Source: Spirochaetota bacterium
Lineage (GTDB): Bacteria > Spirochaetota > UBA4802 > UB4802
Length of the DNA: 64,000 bases
Direction: 5' to 3'
Assembly (NCBI GenBank): GCA_040756435.1
Contig: JBFLZD010000006.1
Location: 26,145-90,144 of the forward strand
A program made the position numbers and the translations under genes. Below the pieces are notes generated by a model, which made no database searches, was not told where the DNA came from, and saw nothing but the letters and a program-made list of their open reading frames with translations. The stretch's first letter is position 1, and every line of letters begins with the position of its first letter. Below are positions 37,107-47,314 of the stretch, in pieces.

Positions 37107-38204
37107 ATGGTAGAAGAAATAAGTTTTGCATTATCTGAAGAACAGCAGATGATGCAGGATACTGTCCGACAGCTTGTTCAGGCTAATGTAATAGATGCTA
37201 TTCACCAATGGGATGAAAACAGACTATTGGATAAACAGGCAGTCCAAAAATTCTGGGAATTAGGTATAATCCAGTCAATGATCCCTGAAGAGTATGGTGG
37301 ATATGGCATGGGGAGTTCTCCTGTGCTGCATACTCTGGTACTGGAGGAATTAGCCTATGGGGATATGGCTTTTGCTGTGTATGCCATGTTACCTGCCCTT
37401 TTTGTGCTTCCCGTAGTATATTTGGGAAGTGTAGAACAAAAGGGGAAATACCTTCCTGAATTTTGTAAGGAATCCTTCGTTCCGGCAACATTAGCTGTGA
37501 ATGAGCTCAGTGTAGGTTTTGATGTATGGAATTGTGAAACAAAAGCTGAAAAGAAGGGAAATTCATATGTTTTAAATGGTAAAAAGTGCTTTGTTCCCCT
37601 TGCTGATGAAGCTTTGTATATGATAGTTGTAGCAAATTATAAGGGCAATCCACATCTGTTTATAGTGGATAAAGATGCAAAAGGACTATCTGTTGGAGAA
37701 AGGGAAAAAAATTGCGGTTGGTGGGCACTTCCAACTTTTGAAGTTACCTTTGAAAATTGTACAATTCCAGAAAGTAACCAATTGGGGGATGAAACAGCAT
37801 TTAATTGGCTCATCCAGAGAACAAGAACAGCAATGGCTGCTATTGGAACAGGTATTTCACGAGCTTCATATGAATACTCCAAAAAGTATGCGAAAGAACG
37901 CCAGCAGTTTGGTGAGCCCATAGCCAGCAGACAATCAATAGCTTTTATGATAGCTGAAATGGCCTATGAAGTTGATGCAATGAGATTGTTAACATGGAAA
38001 GCTGCATCAGCTATTGAGTTAGGTATGGATGCTAACCGTGAGTCATTTCTTGCAAAGATTTATGCTGGAGAAATGACTATGAAACTGACAGATTATGGTG
38101 TTCAGATTCTGGGTGGTCATGGGTATATCAGGGATCATCCTGTTGAGCGATACTACCGAAATGGGCGTAGTATTGCCATTTGTGAAGCCATGGCAATTAT
38201 TTAA
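37107..38204 (+). CDS. acyl-CoA dehydrogenase family protein, short form with a degenerate FAD-contact motif
   Basis: Acyl-CoA dehydrogenase (ACAD) fold throughout (SEEQQMMQDTVRQL, YGGYGMG, LNGKKCFV, ERQQFGEPIASRQ, GGHGYIRDHPVERYYR). NELSVGFD replaces the usual TEPGAGSD. The protein ends right after ..ICEAMAII. Confidence 0.85.
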   Translation: MVEEISFALSEEQQMMQDTVRQLVQANVIDAIHQWDENRLLDKQAVQKFWELGIIQSMIPEEYGGYGMGSSPVLHTLVLEELAYGDMAFAVYAMLPALFVLPVVYLGSVEQKGKYLPEFCKESFVPATLAVNELSVGFDVWNCETKAEKKGNSYVLNGKKCFVPLADEALYMIVVANYKGNPHLFIVDKDAKGLSVGEREKNCGWWALPTFEVTFENCTIPESNQLGDETAFNWLIQRTRTAMAAIGTGISRASYEYSKKYAKERQQFGEPIASRQSIAFMIAEMAYEVDAMRLLTWKAASAIELGMDANRESFLAKIYAGEMTMKLTDYGVQILGGHGYIRDHPVERYYRNGRSIAICEAMAII

Positions 38205-38223
38205 TAGTGTGAGGAGGGCAACA

Positions 38224-39420
38224 ATGATTCAGTTAGTAACACCTGATTATATAAAAACATTACAGGATAACATGCATAAATTGGCAGAAGGTGTTCTGCG
38301 TCCAATCTCAAGGAAATATGATGAAGCCGAGCATGAGTATCCTAAGGAACTTGATATGTTCAGAGGGATAAAGGTTATGGCTCGCCCCAAGAAAAAGAAA
38401 GAAGGTGAATCTTCTGCTTCGGGTGAAGAAAAAAAGCCAAAACGAGGAGCAAACCTGGGGATGGTAGTGACCATTGAAGAAATGTGTTGGGGCGATGCAG
38501 CTCTTTTATTGTCATTCCCAAATGCTGGTTTAGGGAATGCAGCAATTTTGGCAGTTGCCAATGATGAACAGTTGGAACGGTTTGGTAATAAGTGGGCTGC
38601 TATGGCTATTACAGAGCCGGGTGCAGGTTCTGATTCAGGAGCTATCACAACAACCGCTACACGTGATGGCGATTACTGGGTACTTAATGGGGAAAAGATT
38701 TTTGTTACCTGCGCAGATAGAAGTGAAGTGGTTGTGGTATGGGCGACAGTTGATAAAAAAGCCGGGAAATCTGGAATAAAATCGTTTGTTGTGGAAAAAG
38801 GGACACCTGGTTTTACTCTGGAACATTTAGAGCATAAATTAGGCATCAGGGCCTCTGATACTGGTACCTTTGTACTCAGCGATTGTAGAATCCCTTATAA
38901 TAACATATTGGGTGATCCCGAAGTAAAGATGTCCACTGAGGGATTCAAAGGTGTCATGAAAACATTTGATAATACCAGGCCATTGGTTGCTTCAATGGCA
39001 ACAGGTATAGCACGAGCTGCTGTTGAATTTACCCGGGAACAATATGAAAAGAAAGGATACACATTTGATTATAAAAAGAATTTATCAAATGTTTCTGCAG
39101 TTGAGCGTGAGTGGTATTTAATGGATGCAAATGTAGAAGCTATGAGACTTTTAACCTGGCGTGCTGCCTGGATGGCTGATAATAATCAGTTTAATAACTT
39201 AGAAGCATCAATGGCAAAAGCTAAGGCGGGTAGATATGCAACATTGATTACACAGCGCTGTGCTGAACTTTTGGGTCCTGTGGGATATTCAACTCACTAT
39301 CTTGCAGAAAAATGGATGAGAGATAGCAAAATCATGGATATTTTTGAAGGAACCGGGCAGATACAGCACTTGATTATTGCTCGCAACGTACTGGAAATGT
39401 CAAGTAAGGAACTTAAATAA
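38224..39420 (+). CDS. acyl-CoA dehydrogenase
   Basis: Canonical ITEPGAGSD and catalytic-base region IFEGTGQIQ. Start at ATG 38224 after GAGGAGG; the track extension from 38095 overlaps the upstream gene. Contains a Lys-rich insert RPKKKKEGESSASGEEKKPKRG. Confidence 0.9.
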   Translation: MIQLVTPDYIKTLQDNMHKLAEGVLRPISRKYDEAEHEYPKELDMFRGIKVMARPKKKKEGESSASGEEKKPKRGANLGMVVTIEEMCWGDAALLLSFPNAGLGNAAILAVANDEQLERFGNKWAAMAITEPGAGSDSGAITTTATRDGDYWVLNGEKIFVTCADRSEVVVVWATVDKKAGKSGIKSFVVEKGTPGFTLEHLEHKLGIRASDTGTFVLSDCRIPYNNILGDPEVKMSTEGFKGVMKTFDNTRPLVASMATGIARAAVEFTREQYEKKGYTFDYKKNLSNVSAVEREWYLMDANVEAMRLLTWRAAWMADNNQFNNLEASMAKAKAGRYATLITQRCAELLGPVGYSTHYLAEKWMRDSKIMDIFEGTGQIQHLIIARNVLEMSSKELK

Positions 39421-39447
39421 CTATGATTTTTATAAAGGGAGGTAATT

Positions 39448-40611
39448 ATGCAGAGTATTAATGATGTAAAGAAAATTGCAGTCATAGGATCAGGGGCAAT
39501 GGGTCATGGAATAGCACAGGTGTGTGCTCAAAATGGGTTAATGGTTGCCATGATAGATATTAAACAGGAATTCCTTGATAATGCTTTAAAGAAAGTAAAG
39601 GAAAGCTTAGATTTCCTTGCATCAAAAGGGAAGTTGCAGGGTACTGTTGATGATGTTCTTGGAAAAATAAGTGTAACAACCGATTTACAAAAAGGGGTAT
39701 CAGATGCTCAGGTTATCATTGAAGCAGTGCCTGAAAATATGCAATTGAAGAAGGATGTATTTGCAAAAGCTTCATCTGCATGCGCTTCTGATGCAATACT
39801 GGCAACAAACACATCTACCATGAGCATTACTGAAATAGCCAACGCTGTTACAAATCCTGAGCGATTTGCTGGAATGCATTTTTTCAACCCTGTAACCAGA
39901 ATGAAACTGGTTGAATTGATTTATGGTGCCAAAACATCGGAAAATGCTATAAATATTTTGTATGAGTTGACAAAGAAAATTGATAAATTTCCCGTAAAAG
40001 TTTTGAAAGATAGGCCAGGTTTTATTGTTAACAGAATCAGTGCGCCTAACCAGGCATTACTGAGCGCAATTTTAGATGAAGGCAAAATCAATCCTGCACA
40101 AATAGATGGGAAAATGAAAAAAATGGGTGTTAAAATGGCTCCTTTTGAAACAGCTGATTTTGTTGGGCTGGATGTTTTCTGCCATACACTGGAATATTAT
40201 GCACAGACACTATCTCCCCAATATAAACCCGGGAAATTTTTACTTGGATGCCTGGAAAAAGGTCATCTTGGAATGAAGAGCGGAAAAGGTATATATGAAT
40301 GGAAAGATGGCAAAGCTATCATTCCTGAAATGCCGGATACTGAAGAAATAACACCGCTCCATCTTATGGCTGTACAGGTTAATGAGGCAGTAAAAGTATT
40401 TAAAGAAGGTATTGCTGCAAGTGTTCAGGATATTGATGATGGTGTCAAATATGGGATGAATGCATTTGCTGGGCCGTTTGCACTGGCATCAGGAGTTCAA
40501 CCACAACAATTAACTGATTGCCTTAATTATTTGGCACAGCGCTTTAAATTAGACATTCTTAAACCGGAACCTGAAATTATAGACGGTTCGTTTAAAACAA
40601 TTGGGAGATAG
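39448..40611 (+). CDS. 3-hydroxyacyl-CoA dehydrogenase
   Basis: Rossmann motif IAVIGSGAMGHGIA, HFFNP motif, extended C-terminal domain; 387 aa. Confidence 0.92.
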   Translation: MQSINDVKKIAVIGSGAMGHGIAQVCAQNGLMVAMIDIKQEFLDNALKKVKESLDFLASKGKLQGTVDDVLGKISVTTDLQKGVSDAQVIIEAVPENMQLKKDVFAKASSACASDAILATNTSTMSITEIANAVTNPERFAGMHFFNPVTRMKLVELIYGAKTSENAINILYELTKKIDKFPVKVLKDRPGFIVNRISAPNQALLSAILDEGKINPAQIDGKMKKMGVKMAPFETADFVGLDVFCHTLEYYAQTLSPQYKPGKFLLGCLEKGHLGMKSGKGIYEWKDGKAIIPEMPDTEEITPLHLMAVQVNEAVKVFKEGIAASVQDIDDGVKYGMNAFAGPFALASGVQPQQLTDCLNYLAQRFKLDILKPEPEIIDGSFKTIGR

Positions 40612-40621
40612 GAGGTGTCAT

Positions 40622-41392
40622 ATGTCAGATGCAGTATTATTAGAACAAAAAGGGATGGTTGGTATTTTAACCATTAATAAACCTAAAGCCAATCAGCTAA
40701 GCCATGATGTTTTTGAAACAATGCGAAAATTGTTAGATACACTTGAAATAGATAAAAATATCCGTGTGCTGGTTATAACTGGATCAGGAGATAAGATTTT
40801 TTGTGCTGGAGCAGATCTTTCACAGGGATTTGGAGATTTCAGTGCTGTTGATTTTTTAAAGCGGGGACAGGATGTGTGGAATAAAATAGAAGATTATCCA
40901 AAACCCGTTATAGCTGCATTAAATGGTCATGCTCTTGGTGGTGGATGTGAATTGGCAATGGCCTGTCATATACGGCTCATGAAAAAGGGTGCACGGATTG
41001 GTTTAACTGAGACAAATTTAGGAATTATGCCTGGATATGGCGGTACATTACGGCTGCCTCGTTTGGTGGGAAGAGCAAAGGCATTAGAATTAATGCTTTT
41101 TGGAAAACAACTTGAGGCAGATGAAGCACTTGAAATAGGTCTGGTACATAAAGTTTTTGAAGAACAGGATTTTATGGGTGAAGTATTGAAGTTTGCTGAA
41201 GAATTAGCAGCTAGACCACCGCTATCTGTAAAAGCAATTTTGAAGGTATTGTCAGCAGGACCATCAATGTCGCCTGAAATGCATTTGAAGATGGAACGGG
41301 AAGAACTGGCAAAATTATTTACTACCAAGGATTGTATGGAAGGCATGATGGCATTTGCACAAAAGCGAAAACCTGAATTTAAGGGTGAATAA
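40622..41392 (+). CDS. enoyl-CoA hydratase (crotonase family)
   Basis: FCAGADL and ALNGHALGGGCELAMACH oxyanion-hole motifs; ATG 40622 after GGAGG. Confidence 0.92.
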   Translation: MSDAVLLEQKGMVGILTINKPKANQLSHDVFETMRKLLDTLEIDKNIRVLVITGSGDKIFCAGADLSQGFGDFSAVDFLKRGQDVWNKIEDYPKPVIAALNGHALGGGCELAMACHIRLMKKGARIGLTETNLGIMPGYGGTLRLPRLVGRAKALELMLFGKQLEADEALEIGLVHKVFEEQDFMGEVLKFAEELAARPPLSVKAILKVLSAGPSMSPEMHLKMEREELAKLFTTKDCMEGMMAFAQKRKPEFKGE

Positions 41393-41425
41393 AAATAAAG
41401 CTATAAGGAACCTCCTGCTTTTTAT

Positions 41426-41460
41426 AAAAAACCTCGTATATCTGGTACGAGGTTTTTTTT
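41426..41460 (+). terminator. Rho-independent terminator of the beta-oxidation operon
   Basis: ACCTCGTA-TATCTGG-TACGAGGT stem-loop flanked by A5 and T8. Confidence 0.85.
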
Positions 41461-41601
41461 CTTGTATTTACGATTATGGTATTATAATGTGGTAAATTTA
41501 CATACTATGTCATTATGATATGGTGCAATGATTTAATCCATAACGCACTACTAGTAAAGAAGAGCGGAAGCAATTTATTTTTTGTTGAGGAGATAATACC
41601 A

Positions 41602-42192
41602 ATGCCTGACGTTGTAATAAAAGAAAACAGCAAACAGAAAACACTGATAATGCAAAAATCACAGGTACTTTTTTGGGAAAAAGGGTATGCTGAAACCAGT
41701 ATGAAGGATATTGCAAATGAATGTGGTTTCAGGCCTGCCAATATTTATAACTTTTTTGAAAGTAAAGAAGAGATATTATTTTCCATTTTAAAAGAAGAAA
41801 TGGAAGAGATAGTTAACCCTATAAGATATCTGGAAAAAGAAGATGGAGATCCCTTACAGCAATTGCGATTATTGATAGAAACTCATGTTAAAATTACTTT
41901 AGGGGAAAAAAGAGCTTCAAAGTTATTGTTTGATACAGAGCTTAGAAATCTTTCACCTGAAAGGAGGAAAGTTATTCTGGGTCTTCGTGATGAATATAAT
42001 CGTATAGGGTATTCCATACTGAGGCGTGGGATTGAAAAGGGATTATTCAGGAAGGTAGATGAAAAAATTGCATTGAATCTTATTGCTTCAATGATTGTTA
42101 GAACACGGTTATGGTTTTCTCCCGAAGAATGGATGACGATAGATGATTTAATTGAATTTATCTTTCAGTTTGCTCTAAAAGGGTTGTCATAA
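41602..42192 (+). CDS. TetR/AcrR family transcriptional regulator
   Basis: HTH region IMQKSQVLFWEKGYAETSMKDIANECGFRPANIYNFFESKEEIL. Start at ATG 41602 after GAGGAG; the track start 41515 is rejected. Confidence 0.88.
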   Translation: MPDVVIKENSKQKTLIMQKSQVLFWEKGYAETSMKDIANECGFRPANIYNFFESKEEILFSILKEEMEEIVNPIRYLEKEDGDPLQQLRLLIETHVKITLGEKRASKLLFDTELRNLSPERRKVILGLRDEYNRIGYSILRRGIEKGLFRKVDEKIALNLIASMIVRTRLWFSPEEWMTIDDLIEFIFQFALKGLS

Positions 42193-42216
42193 GCAATCTG
42201 CAATAGCTTTAATACT

Positions 42217-42531
42217 ATGCAAAAAAAAGATTGCAAGCGATGTGGTGCATGTTGCTTTGTTGACATGATTGCCTATGCAACGGAGGATGATTTTGTACGC
42301 TGGCGCGCTGAAGGGCGGTATGATATTTTACATATAATTGAAAACGAAGCAAGCATCTGGGCTGGTGATCATTTAATTTCTTCACGTAATGGGCATTCAA
42401 TTCAACGGTGTCCTTTTTTAATAATGGATGATAATGGCCTTTATAGGTGCACCATTTATGATACACGACCGGCAGTATGCAGAAATTTTGAGCCTGGTGT
42501 TTCAAGAATGTGCCCTCAATATGAGGAATAA
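42217..42531 (+). CDS. YkgJ-family cysteine-cluster protein (UPF0153)
   Basis: CKRCGACC signature plus distal CPF..C..C..C residues; 104 aa; second member of this family in the window. Confidence 0.7.
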   Translation: MQKKDCKRCGACCFVDMIAYATEDDFVRWRAEGRYDILHIIENEASIWAGDHLISSRNGHSIQRCPFLIMDDNGLYRCTIYDTRPAVCRNFEPGVSRMCPQYEE

Positions 42532-42565
42532 TAATATTACTTAATGAAAATAGCAGGATTAGTTA

Positions 42566-43495
42566 ATGTATAAGAACTGGGCTGTTACCCTTATAATAGC
42601 AAATGGGATAATTTTTGTCATTCAACTTTTGTTGAGTAATACTCTTGTCCCGTATACTGTTGCTAATAATATTTTACCTATAGATATTGTTACGTACTAT
42701 CTGGGTTTAATTCCTTATTTGGTAGTTGATAAATTGTATCTATGGCAGCTATTTTCGTATATGTTTCTCCATAGTACTTCTGGTTTTGCACACATAATAT
42801 TTAATATGTATGCTCTTTTTATCTTTGGTATGCCAGTTGAAAGATTGTGGGGCAGTAAAAAATTCCTTATATACTATTTAACCTGTGGTGTTGGAGCTGG
42901 GTTAGCAATTTTTATCATAGCTTTATTATCTGGTGGGCTGGGATATTATATACCTACAATTGGTGCATCTGGAGCAGTTTTTGGGCTACTTCTGGCATTT
43001 GGCATATTGTTCCCTGATGTTGAAATATTACTTTTTTTTATCATACCCGTGAAAGCGCGAACATTGGTAATAGTATATGGTGCTCTGGAACTGTTTCTTG
43101 AGCTTTCAGGTGGATTTGATAACATCTCACATATAGGGCATCTGGGTGGGCTTGCCACGGGTATTATCTATTTCATAATTACCCGTAAACATACTATCAG
43201 ATATAAAACCAGAGGGTTTGTTGCTTTGCAAAAGAAAAAAGCGACTGTTCCATCTGAACCTGTTGTAGATAAAAAGGAGATTGAATTACAAAAAACTATC
43301 GTACAAAAATTATACAAACAGGGTGAACACGCGTTAACAGATGATGAAGTGCAGTATATACGGTATAAAGAAATTATGGTTGAAACAAATACTGTAGATT
43401 GTGATATGAGTATTTTTGAATCAGATAGTTGTGAAAATTGTATTGATAGGGATGCATGTTTTGTTAAAATTGTAAATGATTTGCTAAAACGATAG
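42566..43495 (+). CDS. rhomboid-family intramembrane serine protease with a Cys-rich C-terminal tail
   Basis: Catalytic GASGAVFG (Ser) and HIGHLGG (His) in TM helices. About 100-aa soluble tail ending CDMSIFESDSCENCIDRDAC. Confidence 0.88.
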   Translation: MYKNWAVTLIIANGIIFVIQLLLSNTLVPYTVANNILPIDIVTYYLGLIPYLVVDKLYLWQLFSYMFLHSTSGFAHIIFNMYALFIFGMPVERLWGSKKFLIYYLTCGVGAGLAIFIIALLSGGLGYYIPTIGASGAVFGLLLAFGILFPDVEILLFFIIPVKARTLVIVYGALELFLELSGGFDNISHIGHLGGLATGIIYFIITRKHTIRYKTRGFVALQKKKATVPSEPVVDKKEIELQKTIVQKLYKQGEHALTDDEVQYIRYKEIMVETNTVDCDMSIFESDSCENCIDRDACFVKIVNDLLKR

Positions 43496-43684
43496 TATAT
43501 AATAACTAAAATGATAATTGTAATGTGAAATTAATCTTTACAACAAAAATGTAGTAATATAAGGATGTTAAACTGTTCAGTAATACTGGTAAAATTATCC
43601 TATTCTGTGTTTTTTATGAAAATGTGATGTGTTATCATTTTTATGGTAACAATAAAATAAATTTAAGAAGAAGGGAGAATAACA

Positions 43685-46399
43685 ATGACAAAGCGTGTGT
43701 ATCTGTTTGGTGGTAACGTTACAGAGGGAACTGCTGATATGAAGAACCTTTTAGGTGGTAAAGGTGCTAATTTAGCAGAAATGGCACGTATTGGCATTCC
43801 TGTTCCTGCTGGCTTTACAATTACAACCGAAGTATGTAATGAATATTATAAAAACAATCAGAAAATGCCTGATGGTCTAAAAGAAGAAGTTATTGCTGCA
43901 TTACGTAAGGTAGAAGAAATTATGGGCACCAGGTTTGGTGACCCTTCCAACCCTTTGCTGGTATCGGTTAGATCAGGTGCACGGGCATCAATGCCAGGAA
44001 TGATGGATACAATTCTTAATTTAGGAATAAATGAAGATGTGGTGAAAGGCCTTGTAACAAAAACAGGGAATGAGCGGTTTGCATGGGATTCATACCGCCG
44101 CTTTATCCAGATGTATGGCGATGTTGTACTGGGATTGAAGCCTGAAAGCAAGGATGAGCATGATCCTTTTGAAGTGATCATGGATGAACTAAAGGAAAAA
44201 AGGAAAGTTAAAAATGACCTTGATCTTACTGTAGATGATTTAAAAGTACTTGTAGCGCGATTTAAGAAAATCATAAAAGATAAGCTCAATGTATCATTCC
44301 CTGATGACCCTTATGAGCAGTTATGGGGAGCAATAGGAGCGGTTTTCAGATCATGGAATAATGAGCGTGCCATCCTGTACAGAAAAATGAATAACATTGA
44401 TGATAGCTGGGGAACTGCGGTAAATGTTCAGGCTATGGTATTTGGCAATATGGGCAATGACTGTGCAACAGGTGTTGCCTTCACAAGAGATCCTGCCACA
44501 GGCGCAAAGGAGTTTTTTGGTGAATACCTGATTAATGCTCAGGGTGAGGATGTGGTTGCAGGCATAAGAACACCTCAACAGATAACACTTGAAGGGTCAC
44601 GCCGGTGGGCCAGGGAAAATGGTGTATCAGAGGAAGAACGTAAACAGAAATATCCATCACTGGAAGAGTATATGCCTGAAGCATATAAGCAGTTAGTGGA
44701 TGTATATAAGACTCTTGAAAAACATTATCGTGATATGCAGGATATTGAGTTTACCATACAAAACAAAAAATTGTGGATGCTCCAGACACGAAATGGTAAG
44801 CGAACTGCACGGGCTGCTATAAATATTGCTGTTGATATGGTTGAAGAAGGCCTGATAACAAAAGAGGATGCAGTATTAAGAGTTGATCCACAATCACTTG
44901 ACCAGCTACTCCATCCAACCTTTGACCCAAAGGCACAACGCAAGGTTATTGCAAAAGGGCTTCCTGCATCACCAGGTGCAGCTACAGGAAAAATTGTGTT
45001 CAATGCTGACGATGCCCATGAATGGAAAGAACGTGGTGAGAAGGTAATTTTGGTTAGAATTGAAACATCGCCTGAGGATTTAAAGGGTATGAATGCTGCT
45101 GAAGGCATACTTACTGCGCGTGGTGGTATGACATCGCATGCTGCTGTTGTTGCCAGAGGAATGGGCAAATGCTGTGTATCTGGTTGTGGAGTGCTGGAGA
45201 TAGATTACGCAAAGCGTAAGATGAAAGTTGAAGATATTGTATTAAAAGAAGGCGATTATATTTCCATAGATGGTTCAACGGGAGAGGTAATGCTTGGCAA
45301 GGTTGCAACCGTTGAACCTGAAGTAACAGGTAAATTTGGAACCATTATGCAATGGGCTGATGAAATCAGAAAGCTTAAAGTAAGGACCAATGCAGATACG
45401 CCCCATGATGCAAAGGTAGCTCGAAATTTTGGAGCTGAAGGGATAGGGCTGTGTCGTACTGAACACATGTTCTTTGAAGGTGACAGAATAAAGGCAGTCA
45501 GGGAAATGATACTTGCTGATACCTATGAAGGAAGAAAGAAAGCTCTGGATAAATTGCTACCTATGCAGAGAGAGGATTTTTATGGTATATTCAAAGCAAT
45601 GGAAGGGTTGGGAGTAACTATCAGGCTACTTGATCCACCATTACATGAATTTTTGCCACATGATCTGGAATCACAGAAAGAGATGGCAAAAGAATTAGGA
45701 ATAACTGTTGAAGATGTCAAAGCTAAGGTTGAAGAACTCCATGAATTTAACCCTATGTTAGGGCACAGGGGTTGCCGATTGGGCATTACCTATCCTGAAA
45801 TTACAGAAATGCAAGCTCGTGCAATATTTGAAGCAGCTTGCCAGCTTGTAAAAGAGGGTGTGGATGTTAAGCCTGAGGTGATGGTTCCGCTAGTGGGCCA
45901 TGTTAAGGAACTCATAATGCAGAAAGATATCATCGTAAAAACTGCTGAAACAGTCATGAAAGAAATGGGAGTGAAAGTTGATTACATGGTTGGCACCATG
46001 ATTGAAGTTCCTCGTGCTGCAGTAACAGCTGATGAGATAGCAAAGGTTGCCGAATTCTTTTCATTTGGAACAAATGACCTCACACAGATGACATTTGGTT
46101 TTAGCCGTGACGATGCAGGAAAATTCCTGAAAGAGTATGTTGATAAGAAAATTTTACCAAATGACCCATTTAGAATTTTAGACAGGGATGGTGTAGGGCA
46201 GCTAATTAAAATGGCATATGAAAAAGGGCGCTCTGTTAATCCAAAGCTCAAACTGGGTATTTGTGGTGAGCATGGTGGCGAACCAAGTTCAGTTGAGTTT
46301 TGCCACATGGTTGGTCTTGATTATGTGAGTTGCTCACCGTTTAGAGTACCAATTGCCCGACTGGCTGCTGCTCAAGCAGCAATACGGTTTCCCCGATAA
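43685..46399 (+). CDS. ppdK: pyruvate, phosphate dikinase
   Basis: 904 aa; phospho-His motif [13 protein letters not shown]; PEP-utilising C-terminal TIM barrel (GICGEHGG). Confidence 0.97.
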   Translation: MTKRVYLFGGNVTEGTADMKNLLGGKGANLAEMARIGIPVPAGFTITTEVCNEYYKNNQKMPDGLKEEVIAALRKVEEIMGTRFGDPSNPLLVSVRSGARASMPGMMDTILNLGINEDVVKGLVTKTGNERFAWDSYRRFIQMYGDVVLGLKPESKDEHDPFEVIMDELKEKRKVKNDLDLTVDDLKVLVARFKKIIKDKLNVSFPDDPYEQLWGAIGAVFRSWNNERAILYRKMNNIDDSWGTAVNVQAMVFGNMGNDCATGVAFTRDPATGAKEFFGEYLINAQGEDVVAGIRTPQQITLEGSRRWARENGVSEEERKQKYPSLEEYMPEAYKQLVDVYKTLEKHYRDMQDIEFTIQNKKLWMLQTRNGKRTARAAINIAVDMVEEGLITKEDAVLRVDPQSLDQLLHPTFDPKAQRKVIAKGLPASPGAATGKIVFNADDAHEWKERGEKVILVRIETSPEDLKGMNAAEGILTARGGMTSHAAVVARGMGKCCVSGCGVLEIDYAKRKMKVEDIVLKEGDYISIDGSTGEVMLGKVATVEPEVTGKFGTIMQWADEIRKLKVRTNADTPHDAKVARNFGAEGIGLCRTEHMFFEGDRIKAVREMILADTYEGRKKALDKLLPMQREDFYGIFKAMEGLGVTIRLLDPPLHEFLPHDLESQKEMAKELGITVEDVKAKVEELHEFNPMLGHRGCRLGITYPEITEMQARAIFEAACQLVKEGVDVKPEVMVPLVGHVKELIMQKDIIVKTAETVMKEMGVKVDYMVGTMIEVPRAAVTADEIAKVAEFFSFGTNDLTQMTFGFSRDDAGKFLKEYVDKKILPNDPFRILDRDGVGQLIKMAYEKGRSVNPKLKLGICGEHGGEPSSVEFCHMVGLDYVSCSPFRVPIARLAAAQAAIRFPR

Positions 46400-46490
46400 A
46401 AGTATGGTTGTGCAATGATCTCTTGATCTAATGACACTATTTACTGTAGCGAGCATAAAGTAGTTTTAAACACAATGAAAATATTTACAG

Positions 46491-46541
46491 CCTCACCCTT
46501 AAGCTTACTTTTAAATTAAGAAAAAGGGCTTAAGGGCGAGG
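46491..46541 (+). terminator. long-loop hairpin downstream of ppdK (weak terminator candidate)
   Basis: CCTCACCCTTAAGC / GCTTAAGGGCGAGG, 14 bp with one mismatch and a 23-nt loop; no clean T-tract directly after. Confidence 0.3.
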
Positions 46542-46572
46542 TGAATACATTATATTTTTTGGGGGATAAAAC

Positions 46573-47301
46573 GTGAAAATTAAATTATTTTTTATTTCTG
46601 CTTTTATACTAACAATCCCCATGGTGCTCTATGCAGATTATGATAAAGCCTTGAAACTGTTTGAGCAAGGAAAATACGATGATGCATTAGTTGAAATAGC
46701 ATCAGTTCTGGATGTTTCGAAAGATTTTGAAACAAATTCGCCAAATTATAATCTTCGGTATTTAGCTGGTCATATCCATGCTAAGAAGGGTAATTATGAA
46801 TCAGCTCTTACCCATTTAAAGCGTTGTGCAGAAATTCAAAAAGATACAGTTAATCCTCTTGTTGATATTGCCTTTATATATATAGATTATAAGCGGTATA
46901 CTGATGCAATGACGTGGGCCAGGAAAGCATTGCAGATCAAGCAGGAACCTATTGCATATTATATTTTGGGATTGGCCTATTCAGGAATTGGTTCGTACTG
47001 GCAGGCAAAAGAGTATTTAGAAAAAGCTATCTCACTTGATCCTGAGTTGTACTATGCATATAACGAATTGGGAAATGTGCTGATGGCTTTAGGTAGGATT
47101 ACCCAGGCACAGACTGCATATTCGGCTGCATATGCACTGGCACCTTCTTCAGCATATATTTGTAACAATCTGGCCATGAGTTATATTCAGGTTGGTGATG
47201 TAAAAAAAGCTGTTGAAATCATTGAAAAGGCAAGAAAGCTTGCTCCGGATAACCCCATCATTGTAGAGAATTATGATCGCATTGTTAGTTTAAAAAAATA
47301 A
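46573..47301 (+). CDS. secreted TPR-repeat protein
   Basis: GTG start; signal peptide MKIKLFFISAFILTIPMVLYA; TPR units (AYYILGLAYSGIGSYWQAKEYLEKAISLDP etc.). Confidence 0.8.
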   Translation: MKIKLFFISAFILTIPMVLYADYDKALKLFEQGKYDDALVEIASVLDVSKDFETNSPNYNLRYLAGHIHAKKGNYESALTHLKRCAEIQKDTVNPLVDIAFIYIDYKRYTDAMTWARKALQIKQEPIAYYILGLAYSGIGSYWQAKEYLEKAISLDPELYYAYNELGNVLMALGRITQAQTAYSAAYALAPSSAYICNNLAMSYIQVGDVKKAVEIIEKARKLAPDNPIIVENYDRIVSLKK

Positions 47302-47314
47302 GCATATACTATAG

